From a virus, in the IMG/VR virus record IMGVR_UViG_3300045988_015272, positions 1 to 19,601 of that record: a stretch of DNA of 19,601 bases; one strand, 5' to 3'. Every line of letters begins with the position of its first letter. Position 1 is the first letter of the stretch. The notes beneath the pieces are model-generated. The model was not told the origin of the DNA, searched no databases, and saw nothing but the letters and a program-made list of their open reading frames with translations. A program made the position numbers and the translations under genes. Of the stretch, positions 5,850 to 14,197 are shown piece after piece.

Positions 5850-7565
5850 ATGTCTGATATTCGACCATTGGCCGGCAAGGGTGACGTTGAGATCTTCAAC
5901 GCCGTCCGAAACGCCACGTCCCCCCAGTTTCAGGTGCGTATCCCAAGCGCCACACAAGGCAATATTCGCAATGCGGTGGATACCATGCGCAATTTTCCGT
6001 ATTTGCGCGACGAATTCACGGGGGTACTTATCCAGCGTTTGATCGGCCTGTACATCCAGCATGCAGACTGGGATGACCCGCTCAAGCTGATCGGCTCCCC
6101 CCGCACCTTGAAGCGTTACGGCAGCACTTATGAACAGGCCGCGGTTGGTCTTGTCAAGGCACGCACCCGTAATTTTAACAAGGAGTACCTTGGTGATGAC
6201 GTTTACGGACGTTACTCGCTGCCGACTGCTTCCGTATTCCACCCCCTTACTTTTGATCATTATTATCCGGTCACCATCCCGGAAGATGCGCTGCTTACAG
6301 CGTTCGACGGCGAAAGCGGCATGGCGGATTATATCGCGGAAATCATGAACGCGCCGATCTTGTCTGACCGTAATGATATGTACCTGATGAAGACTCAGTG
6401 CTTCGCCGAGTATGCTCGAAAGGGCGGTTTTTATCGAGTCCACACTCCCGACGTCGGTAAGGCCGACTCCACTGAAGCGGACGCCAAGGGATTGTTGCGT
6501 CTTATCCAGCAGGTGGCGAACGAATTGAAAGCATCGCCAATGTCGGCCATGCCACGATATAACGCCATGAGCTGGGTTACCCCATGGCGCGATTCGGAAG
6601 CCATTCTGTTCGCAACCCCGCAGGTGATCGCCGCGCTTAACGTGGAAGCATTGGCCGCAGCATTTAACATTGACAAGGTCAACGTGCCGTACCGTATTAT
6701 CCCCATTCCGGAAGACATGTTCGGCATTGGCGGTGCCGGTGGCAAGGTGCAGGCCGTCCTAACCACCGAAGATTTCTTCTTCTGCTGGGATGAAATGCTC
6801 GAAACCACCAATAGCCCCGTGAATCCGATTGACGGCACGCGCAACATCTTCTACAAGCACCGCGGCTCCATCACTCCTAACCCGTTTGCGAATGCCGTAC
6901 TGTTTTGGACGGGCGAAGGCTCCTCTGAGTCCGTGACGTTGCCGGATACGCTCACTACGAGCAAGCCGGAATTTACGCTGCGCGTACGCAAGTACGGACA
7001 GTCTGCCATCACCCCCGAAAACGTGTCGCGCGGTGATCTCGTGCAGGTCGAATCTGAGATCACAAGCGCCAACAAGGACACGGCAAGCTTCCAGCCGATC
7101 GGCATTAAGTACGCAGTCGAGGGAGCTTCCTCCCCGTTCACCTCAATCGACAACGGGGGTATTCTGCGCTGCGGTCTCGACGAAACCGCCGAAACGCTTA
7201 AGGTCACTGCTCAGGCAACCTATATCGACCCGGCCCACCCCGAGATTGATCAGACGGTTTCCGCAGCACTGTCCGTGCCGGTTGTCGGCGCTTGGTTGGG
7301 CGGCTGGAAGACGGGAGCCATCGAATCCATTGAGATTCAGGGCGAAAAGACGGTGAAGAACGGCGCACATATCGCGCTCAAGGCGATTGCCACCAAGACG
7401 GACGGCAACACGGCTGACGTGACCAATCTCGCCATGTGGACGGTAGACCAGCACGCGACCATCACCCCTAACGGAGTATTGACCGGCACCGCGGCAGGAG
7501 CGGCCAGCGTCACCGCGAAATTCGCGGGAGCCGTCGGAACGGCACGGATCACCGTCGCCGACTGA
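5850..7565 (+). CDS. Major capsid protein (phi29 gp8-like) with C-terminal Ig-like (Big_2-type) domain
   Basis: Blocks alignable by eye to phi29 gp8: VEIFNAVRNA vs YDIVNAIRNS, EDALLTAF vs DDSLKTAF, LAAAFNIDK vs LAKAFNMNR, and PFANAVLFWTG vs RFANAVAFVSG. The C-terminus (HIALKAIATKTDGNTADVTNLAMWTV..ITPNGVLTGTAAGAASVTAKFAG) is typical of a Big_2 domain. Confidence 0.9.
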   Translation: MSDIRPLAGKGDVEIFNAVRNATSPQFQVRIPSATQGNIRNAVDTMRNFPYLRDEFTGVLIQRLIGLYIQHADWDDPLKLIGSPRTLKRYGSTYEQAAVGLVKARTRNFNKEYLGDDVYGRYSLPTASVFHPLTFDHYYPVTIPEDALLTAFDGESGMADYIAEIMNAPILSDRNDMYLMKTQCFAEYARKGGFYRVHTPDVGKADSTEADAKGLLRLIQQVANELKASPMSAMPRYNAMSWVTPWRDSEAILFATPQVIAALNVEALAAAFNIDKVNVPYRIIPIPEDMFGIGGAGGKVQAVLTTEDFFFCWDEMLETTNSPVNPIDGTRNIFYKHRGSITPNPFANAVLFWTGEGSSESVTLPDTLTTSKPEFTLRVRKYGQSAITPENVSRGDLVQVESEITSANKDTASFQPIGIKYAVEGASSPFTSIDNGGILRCGLDETAETLKVTAQATYIDPAHPEIDQTVSAALSVPVVGAWLGGWKTGAIESIEIQGEKTVKNGAHIALKAIATKTDGNTADVTNLAMWTVDQHATITPNGVLTGTAAGAASVTAKFAGAVGTARITVAD

Positions 7566-7585
7566 CATTAGGCGATAACCGGTAA

Positions 7586-7625
7586 AATAGGTGTGGATAG
7601 ACTTTATCCACACCTATTATTTTTT
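7586..7625 (+). terminator. Strong intrinsic terminator after the capsid gene
   Basis: A 14-bp perfect stem pairs 7586-7599 with 7605-7618 (AATAGGTGTGGATA / TATCCACACCTATT). It has a 5-nt loop and is followed by ATTTTTT. Confidence 0.85.
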
Positions 7626-7636
7626 AGGAGGATTTT

Positions 7637-9877
7637 ATGAGCGCGAATGACCTACCGATTAATTTTTCGTACGCGAAATGGACGCCGAACACGCGTTTCA
7701 AACTGTGCAATGTTCCGTGGGATATGGGGTATAGGGATATCGTCAAATGGGATAGACAGTCTCAAAAAGAGTATTTTGACCGTTTGGATGGTATCGAATT
7801 TACCGACTGCACCATGGCAAAATACGGACTTCCGGTACGATTGCCTATCCCGTTCGCGCAAGCGTCGCAATATAATTATCTGATCGCCACGAACGACTAC
7901 GATTTTGATACCCCCCGTAGTTGGTATTATTTCGTGCAAACCTGTGACTATATCAATGCGAACACAACACAGCTCAATATCCAATTGGACGTGTGGCAGT
8001 CATTCCAGCATGATATTCAGCTGGGTAACGCCTATGTTGAAAGGGGGCATGTTGGGGTTGCCAACGAAAACGCATGGAAGGACTGGGGCAAAACCTATTT
8101 GGATTTGCCCGAAGGACTGGATACGGGCAAATGCACCGTACTCACCGACGAATCGTGGAAACCATTGATGGACGTGGCTGAACGTGACGGGGTGAAACAC
8201 ACGTCCTATGGGCTTATCGTCGTAAGCACCACCGATCTTGAGGCGGATACTGGCACCACGAATAATCCGGTAGTCAATACCGCCACCGGTAGCGCTTTCG
8301 AAAGTCAGCTTAACGGTACCAGCATGTACTATTTGGACACTCCCGCCGATATTGTCGCATTTTTCACCGAGGGCATGAATGCCCCATGGGTCACGCAAGG
8401 CATTTGCGGAATCTACGCAGTCCCCCACCTCCCACAAGCGCTATTGGACGGTCAACCGAAAAAAACGGAACTGTTCGGCCATTCAGTCAGCTTTACCGGC
8501 AATTGCTGGGAATTACGCAAGCGAAACGACAATTCCAACGCACGATACACGGACATTATCAACCTCAAGGATTTTCGCAACATGTTCCAATTGCCGGAAC
8601 GATACCGGTATCTGAAGAAATTCCTTACTGCCCCCTACGCGTATGTCGAATGCTCGTGTCTCAATGGTACGGTCATCACATATGAGCCTGAGCAGATACC
8701 ATCTGCCGATCTGATTATCAGGGAGACATGGAATTATGCGCCCCCCTCTCCTCGTTTGAATTTTTACGCGCGAGGCTATCATGCGGGCAATCTCGGTGAC
8801 CGTCAACCGTTGCCGGATGGTAAGGGGTTGCCGATCGATACGGGCGAAATGCTGAACGCGAGTTTTGGCATCACCAGTTTTCCAACGTTCATGGCCGTCA
8901 ACAACGGATCCGCTCTTTCCCTCGCAAATAGTGCTTACACGCGCCAGTACTCGCAACAGTCTGCGGACTGGGGGTATCAGAAAACCCAGATGGGCATTAA
9001 TAATGCGTATGCTCAAGCCCAGCTCGGTACACAATATGCAAGTGCCCAGAATCGGCTCGGCACGTCGAACCGTAACGCCATGAACGCGATCAGCAATCAA
9101 TCCGCGCAGATGGGTACCGATTTGACGTTGAAGAATCTTGGATTCAGTAATCAGATGGCGCAGTTGAATACGATTGGCAGTGGTGTGGCGAACGCGGTGG
9201 GTTCAGCCGTCACCGGCAATATCGGCGGCGTGGCAGGAGCCATAGCAGGCACGGCAATCGGCGCATGGACAAACCAACAAACCTACAATAATAATGTGAG
9301 CACGGCGAATCAACAATTAGCGAACACACAGACCACCAATAATGCAAGCACCTCACAGGCAAACGCCTACGGTCTCGCGCAAACCAACCTGAGCAATCAG
9401 CAGACCATGCAGTTGGCCGATATGAATAAGCAGCTTGCGCAGGCGACGGCGCAAGGCGATTACGAAAACACGATCGCCGGCATCAACGCCCAAGTGCAGC
9501 AGACCCAAACCGTACCCCCTACCACGTCGGGCGCGTTGGGGGGTGATGCATTCAACCTTGCTAACGGTCTGATTGGCGTCATGGTGCGTTTCCGGCAGAT
9601 ACCATCAGCCGCCATGCAAGCCATCGGGGAAGTATGGTTAAGGTATGGTTATTACGTGCAACGGTTTATGAAATTGCCCGAAACCCTTATGGCAATGAGC
9701 AATTTCACATATTGGAAACTGCACGAACTGTACGTACGCAGTGCGACATGTCCAGAAGAGTACCGGTTGACCGTGAAAGGCATTTTCGAAAGTGGCGTGA
9801 CGGTATGGACTGACCCCGATAAGATTGGCGTCACCGACTATGCGGACAATGCGCCACTGGCCGGTATCTCGTACTGA
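7637..9877 (+). CDS. Tail knob / distal tube protein (phi29 gp9-like, 746 aa)
   Basis: The N-terminal region aligns by eye with phi29 gp9: LPIPFAQASQYNYLIATN..SWYYFVQTCDYINANTTQLNIQLDVWQSF..AYVERGH vs [53 protein letters not shown]. Strong AGGAGG RBS. Confidence 0.85.
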   Translation: MSANDLPINFSYAKWTPNTRFKLCNVPWDMGYRDIVKWDRQSQKEYFDRLDGIEFTDCTMAKYGLPVRLPIPFAQASQYNYLIATNDYDFDTPRSWYYFVQTCDYINANTTQLNIQLDVWQSFQHDIQLGNAYVERGHVGVANENAWKDWGKTYLDLPEGLDTGKCTVLTDESWKPLMDVAERDGVKHTSYGLIVVSTTDLEADTGTTNNPVVNTATGSAFESQLNGTSMYYLDTPADIVAFFTEGMNAPWVTQGICGIYAVPHLPQALLDGQPKKTELFGHSVSFTGNCWELRKRNDNSNARYTDIINLKDFRNMFQLPERYRYLKKFLTAPYAYVECSCLNGTVITYEPEQIPSADLIIRETWNYAPPSPRLNFYARGYHAGNLGDRQPLPDGKGLPIDTGEMLNASFGITSFPTFMAVNNGSALSLANSAYTRQYSQQSADWGYQKTQMGINNAYAQAQLGTQYASAQNRLGTSNRNAMNAISNQSAQMGTDLTLKNLGFSNQMAQLNTIGSGVANAVGSAVTGNIGGVAGAIAGTAIGAWTNQQTYNNNVSTANQQLANTQTTNNASTSQANAYGLAQTNLSNQQTMQLADMNKQLAQATAQGDYENTIAGINAQVQQTQTVPPTTSGALGGDAFNLANGLIGVMVRFRQIPSAAMQAIGEVWLRYGYYVQRFMKLPETLMAMSNFTYWKLHELYVRSATCPEEYRLTVKGIFESGVTVWTDPDKIGVTDYADNAPLAGISY

Positions 9878-9885
9878 CTGGATAT

Positions 9886-9923
9886 AATGGAGAGAGCATA
9901 TTAACTCTCTCCATTATTTTTTT
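9886..9923 (+). terminator. Intrinsic terminator after the tail knob gene
   Basis: An 11-bp stem pairs AATGGAGAGAG (9886-9896) with CTCTCTCCATT (9905-9915). It has an 8-nt loop and is followed by ATTTTTTT. Confidence 0.85.
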
Positions 9924-9935
9924 AGGACGGTGACT

Positions 9936-10877
9936 ATGGGTAAACGCAATAATGCACGCAAGGCCGCGCATTGGGATAATCAGAGCGTGCTCGGCAGCAT
10001 GTGGGGCAATCTTAATCTGCCAGAAATGCGGCAGAGTCTCAGAATTAACCAGTACATGAAGCTTATCGAAATGTTGGCCGTATCACGTTTCAAATGGATT
10101 AACCTCCCCCCGTATATTGACGAAAGATATCTGGAATTGACGCTTTTTGAAAACGGTCTCGCCCTCTTTTTCCCCGACAAGCGTAAGGGCGTGAACCGTT
10201 TTATGGTCACTTCAGGCAATATCGGGGGGGTAAACAACTATAACAATCCAACCAGCTTCCAACCGGTTGCGACAAGTTATTCTCACCCGCAGATCGGGAG
10301 CAAGGAATGCGTGCCTATTTGGGATAACCAGCTGCGTTGCACCATGATCGACGTTATGTGGAATTATGCGACGCGATTGGCTATCGCAGACCGTGCGCTG
10401 GACGTAAATCTTGACAATATTAGCGTTCCGTTGATTATCGCCACGTCCGAAACCAACAAGCTCACCGCCCAAAATTTGATGAAGGCGCGTGAAGATGGCG
10501 ACCCCTATATTTACACATACGACTCGGCGGACATCACCGGAATGTTCCAGACATTCCCCAACGTCACCCCCTTTTTGGCTGATAAGATCATCACCACCAA
10601 AACGCAGATATGGAACGAATTGGTCAACTATTTAGGTATCGACAATAGCACCACCGAAAAAAAAGAACGATTGCTTGAAAGCGAAGTGACGGCAGGCAAT
10701 AGCCGTACGAACGTTTTCCGCCTAAGCTATCTTAAAGCAAGACAGCAGGCGTGCGATACGATTAACCGGTTGTGGCCGCAAATGGCCGACTCGGGATACC
10801 CTATCGGAATCGAATGGAACGACACCACGTCCGGCGGCTTATTGGACGTGGACGGAAACAAAGAGGAGGAAGAATAA
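9936..10877 (+). CDS. Portal / upper collar connector protein (phi29 gp10-like)
   Basis: LAVSRFKWINLPPYIDERYLELTLFENG matches [28 protein letters not shown] in phi29 gp10, and TKTQIWNELVNYLGIDNSTTEKKERLLESEV matches [33 protein letters not shown]. ATG 9936 is preferred to the GTG at 9930. Confidence 0.9.
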   Translation: MGKRNNARKAAHWDNQSVLGSMWGNLNLPEMRQSLRINQYMKLIEMLAVSRFKWINLPPYIDERYLELTLFENGLALFFPDKRKGVNRFMVTSGNIGGVNNYNNPTSFQPVATSYSHPQIGSKECVPIWDNQLRCTMIDVMWNYATRLAIADRALDVNLDNISVPLIIATSETNKLTAQNLMKAREDGDPYIYTYDSADITGMFQTFPNVTPFLADKIITTKTQIWNELVNYLGIDNSTTEKKERLLESEVTAGNSRTNVFRLSYLKARQQACDTINRLWPQMADSGYPIGIEWNDTTSGGLLDVDGNKEEEE

Positions 10878-11689
10878 TGGTGCAAGACTTGAGCATGTAC
10901 GCCATCAAGGACAGCATGGCCGATTATACGTTGACGCTCGGCAATCTGATCGACCGTGGTTTCAATACGGACGAAAAATTGCATTTAAGTTCGCAATATT
11001 ATCCGATTTTCGACGAAAACTATAGGGCGAAATTGAACGAGAAAATCGTAGCCCACTACGCACTGCGCGAAATCGGTTCAGAAACGCCGCAAATGTTCAT
11101 TTTTTATTTGGGGCGTACCATGCGCGAACAAATGGACTATTTCAACCAATTATATTTATCTGCGCAACGCAAGTTCGACCCGTTTATCACGTCCGATATC
11201 CGGCAGGAGATGGACTCAGCCAGCACGAACGAATCTTCCGGCAAGTCTTCGGGCACGCAATCCAACGAGTCCACGGCAAACAGCACGTCCGACACTACCG
11301 CCGATAATTCGTCGATGACTTTTAATTCAGAATTTCCGCAGACCCGTATTGACGATTTCCGCAAATACGCGACCACCGCAAGCCAAACGGACTCTACCGG
11401 CAATACGCATACCAGCACACAGCAGGATAGTTCGGCCACAGCGACTTCTACCAGCAATACGGATTACGCGCACTCGTCGGACAAGGGCAATAGTGTTTCG
11501 CATACGCTCGGCACGAGTGGTTCGCAATCGCAGCTTTTGCTTGACTGGCGTAATACCATGCTCAATATCGACATGATGGTAATCAACTCGCTGGAAGATC
11601 TTTTTATGGGCATGTGGGGTAGCGGGGATAACATGACCAATGTTCCGCAACCCTATGGCACGAGTCTCGCCTACAATCTCGGCCACTAG
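10877..11689 (+). CDS. Putative lower collar protein (270 aa) with a long Ser/Thr-rich insert
   Basis: Lies immediately after the portal gene, as phi29 gp11 does. GAGGAGGA RBS and a TAATG stop/start overlap. The 35-codon upstream extension in the track (from 10772) lies inside the portal gene and lacks an RBS. Confidence 0.65.
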   Translation: MVQDLSMYAIKDSMADYTLTLGNLIDRGFNTDEKLHLSSQYYPIFDENYRAKLNEKIVAHYALREIGSETPQMFIFYLGRTMREQMDYFNQLYLSAQRKFDPFITSDIRQEMDSASTNESSGKSSGTQSNESTANSTSDTTADNSSMTFNSEFPQTRIDDFRKYATTASQTDSTGNTHTSTQQDSSATATSTSNTDYAHSSDKGNSVSHTLGTSGSQSQLLLDWRNTMLNIDMMVINSLEDLFMGMWGSGDNMTNVPQPYGTSLAYNLGH

Positions 11690-11723
11690 AGTATACTTGA
11701 TTTGAGACAGATTGGAGGATTTT

Positions 11724-12242
11724 ATGGACGGAATCAACACATGCGCCGCTCCTTTGGATATCGACCCAAGACAGCGGTATTTTACGACGGTCCAGCCGTT
11801 TAGCTACCGTGATACGCTCACCGTGCTCGGGTATGTGCAGGAGGTGGCCGAGCATTTAGACCAGCTCAGGGATCAGCTCGATAATCTCGCCAAGGATGAA
11901 AACGCCGACATCGAAGCGATCAACAAAGTTCTCTCCGAGATCGCAGCGTGGCAAACCTCAGTCGATACCGCCTTGGATGATCTTGCGAAAAAGGTGGACC
12001 AGTATCAAACATCATCACTCACCTATAATCCAACCACGGGGCAATACGAGGATTCCAAAAACACCGATCGCGACATGTACCGCGAATTGGCGGTATTCGG
12101 CGCACGGGTGGACCAGATGGCAACCATGGCAACCAAACAGGCCGCACAATATGATTGCATTACATGGGCAGTATTGGGCAATCATGATATTTTCGGCAAC
12201 AAAGAACCGAGAGTAACCCCCCGAGAAAGGACGATACAGTAA
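11724..12242 (+). CDS. Hypothetical virion/tail-associated coiled-coil protein (172 aa)
   Basis: GGAGG lies 5 nt before ATG 11724; the track start at 11712 is TTG inside the RBS. A helical heptad-like stretch runs LDQLRDQLDNLAKDENADIEAINKVLSEIAAW. Placement in the tail module is the only functional clue. Confidence 0.6.
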   Translation: MDGINTCAAPLDIDPRQRYFTTVQPFSYRDTLTVLGYVQEVAEHLDQLRDQLDNLAKDENADIEAINKVLSEIAAWQTSVDTALDDLAKKVDQYQTSSLTYNPTTGQYEDSKNTDRDMYRELAVFGARVDQMATMATKQAAQYDCITWAVLGNHDIFGNKEPRVTPRERTIQ

Positions 12243-12406
12243 TGGTCAACGGTCGATACGATATAACGCAACACCTTGCATTGCCGCTCTATACGGACGA
12301 TACGCCAATGGACTTGCGAGACGGCTACAATAATTCCATGCGTATTCTAGATCAAAAAATTCACCAACTCGAAATCCTTATCAGAGAGTCCAAGGGGTCT
12401 GACTAA
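12242..12406 (+). CDS. Stand-alone tail-fibre N-terminal anchor module (54 aa), absent from the ORF track
   Basis: Hand translation gives MVNGRYDITQHLALPLYTDDTPMDLRDGYNNSMRILDQKIHQLEILIRESKGSD. It is a paralogue of the first ~45 aa of the next two genes, and 23 nt are identical (12320-12342 = 12481-12503). TAATG overlaps occur at both ends. Confidence 0.5.
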   Translation: MVNGRYDITQHLALPLYTDDTPMDLRDGYNNSMRILDQKIHQLEILIRESKGSD

Positions 12407-14154
12407 TGGGCACCATCTACGAAAAAACAAACAATTACCGACTGGACCTATACGGTAACAATGATCCGGCTGATCTTAGGGACGGCTACAATAATTCCAT
12501 GCGCACCATTGATGCCACATTGGAAACGCACCTCAACCGCATCGAAGACATGGAAGCGCGAGAAACCCACGATGAAGAAGTGGTCAGGGCACTGCTTGAC
12601 GACAATACAGTGGACAGTGCGACCAGTGCGAAAACAAAGTGGAATAAAGCGGTCACTGACGCAACAAGCGCAGATAGCCGTCTGACGTCAATTGGAGTAA
12701 CCGACATCACGTCCGGCGCGGCATTGCGAGAGTCAATTTCAAGGACAAACGCTATTCTACCTAGCTGTATCGTGACATTTGACAATATAGAGTCCATGCA
12801 GGATTCAAATCTTCTCACAGATGGCATGCAATGTCGCACCCTAGGTTTTTACAAAGCAGGCGACGGCGGCGGAGCGCATTATGTGATACATGCAGGCGGT
12901 GGCAACGCTACGGCAAATGGCATGGATGCAATATCTTGCAAAAATAATCTTATTGCAAAATTGGTGGCAGACAATAATTTCCTTAACATCAAACGGTATG
13001 GCGCACACGGAGACGGAATCTCTGACGATACTGAGGTGTTATCGTATGTATTGCGGAAACCGCGATCGGTCATATACATGCCTAGCGGCAAATATATGTG
13101 CCACACTTCAATCATTGTGGGAACTAATTCCTCCATAATCGGAGACGAATTGACCAACAGTTCTGTAAATGACGCAGGCACATGCCTACTGATGTATGAT
13201 ATCCCCGACACAACAGACCATACCCCAGCAGCTCTGACCATCTCAACGTTCAACTCCATAAGAAACCTATATATTAAAGGCAATCAGTGGAATATTACCG
13301 AAGATAGGGGTAAATTAAATCCAAAAGCAACAGATCATGGCGAATGGATGGTCCAGACTGCGGTAAATAAGACAATCAAAACAATCGGACTCAAAAGCGA
13401 GACCGTCTGTTATCTGCAAAACATTACCGTGCAGGGGTTTGAAACCGGATTTAAATTATCATCGCAAGGCAACGCAACGCAATTGATGGCGAGCAAATGC
13501 GTACTTGGATATAATATATACGGGGATATGAGAGCAACAAGCCTACAGGCCTCCTCATGTATAAAAGGATTCTTTTTTGGCGGAGGGAATGTTGAATGCT
13601 CACACCTTAGATGTGACGGTATCTTTGACCTAGGTTATGACATTTGGAATGGAGGCTCGTTCGTGGATCTGAGCGGTGACTTCATAGGCAATCAAATGCT
13701 TGTGACCTATCGTTTTACCGGCATCGTCCAAAACATACGAGCCGCTAGATGTTGCGTTAATTTCGCGGATGAAATGGGAACTTCAATCCAGACCAATAAT
13801 GCACAAGCATACGGAGTACAACTCCGTACTCCACAAAACGCCATCATCTCAGGATTGCTAGTGACAGGTGATGAATCAGTAGGAGACTCTGAGACTGAAC
13901 CAACGCACAACCTTAAGACAATTGGAAACGGAATTATCATTTCAGACATGAACGAAATTTCTAATTTTACCGTCGATTGCGAAAGCAATGCGGTGCCATT
14001 CTCAAAGACGGACAACTACACGACACAGGAGATCGAAAAAATTATTTATGTCAACCGGTATGCTTCTACCGAAGAAAAAAACAACACTTACGGGAGGGTC
14101 AGGTTTCGCAATTCGACAATCAAGGTAACGAAAGGGATTGTGGAAGTACAATAG
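12406..14154 (+). CDS. Tail appendage / tailspike with pectate-lyase-type beta-helix (putative polysaccharide depolymerase; phi29 gp12 analogue)
   Basis: Has the conserved fibre N-terminus (YRLDLYGNNDPADLRDGYNNSMRTID). The motif NIKRYGAHGDGISDDTEVLSYVL..VIYMPSGKY matches the GAxGDGxTDDT signature of the Pectate_lyase_3 / beta-helix glycosidase family. Confidence 0.8.
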   Translation: MGTIYEKTNNYRLDLYGNNDPADLRDGYNNSMRTIDATLETHLNRIEDMEARETHDEEVVRALLDDNTVDSATSAKTKWNKAVTDATSADSRLTSIGVTDITSGAALRESISRTNAILPSCIVTFDNIESMQDSNLLTDGMQCRTLGFYKAGDGGGAHYVIHAGGGNATANGMDAISCKNNLIAKLVADNNFLNIKRYGAHGDGISDDTEVLSYVLRKPRSVIYMPSGKYMCHTSIIVGTNSSIIGDELTNSSVNDAGTCLLMYDIPDTTDHTPAALTISTFNSIRNLYIKGNQWNITEDRGKLNPKATDHGEWMVQTAVNKTIKTIGLKSETVCYLQNITVQGFETGFKLSSQGNATQLMASKCVLGYNIYGDMRATSLQASSCIKGFFFGGGNVECSHLRCDGIFDLGYDIWNGGSFVDLSGDFIGNQMLVTYRFTGIVQNIRAARCCVNFADEMGTSIQTNNAQAYGVQLRTPQNAIISGLLVTGDESVGDSETEPTHNLKTIGNGIIISDMNEISNFTVDCESNAVPFSKTDNYTTQEIEKIIYVNRYASTEEKNNTYGRVRFRNSTIKVTKGIVEVQ

Positions 14155-14197
14155 CAATATAGAATCGACACAATAGTAAAAGAAGGGACTAAATAAA

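Noticed and set aside
9879-9888. TATAAT (9883-9888), preceded by TG with the wrong spacing, just after the tail knob stop
   Set aside because: TG is two bases, not one, from the hexamer. The hexamer also overlaps the 5' arm of the strong terminator at 9886-9923, so it is probably fortuitous.
10772-10876. 35-codon N-terminal extension of the lower collar ORF
   Set aside because: It lies wholly within the portal gene and has no RBS. ATG 10877 has a GAGGAGGA RBS and a TAATG coupling.
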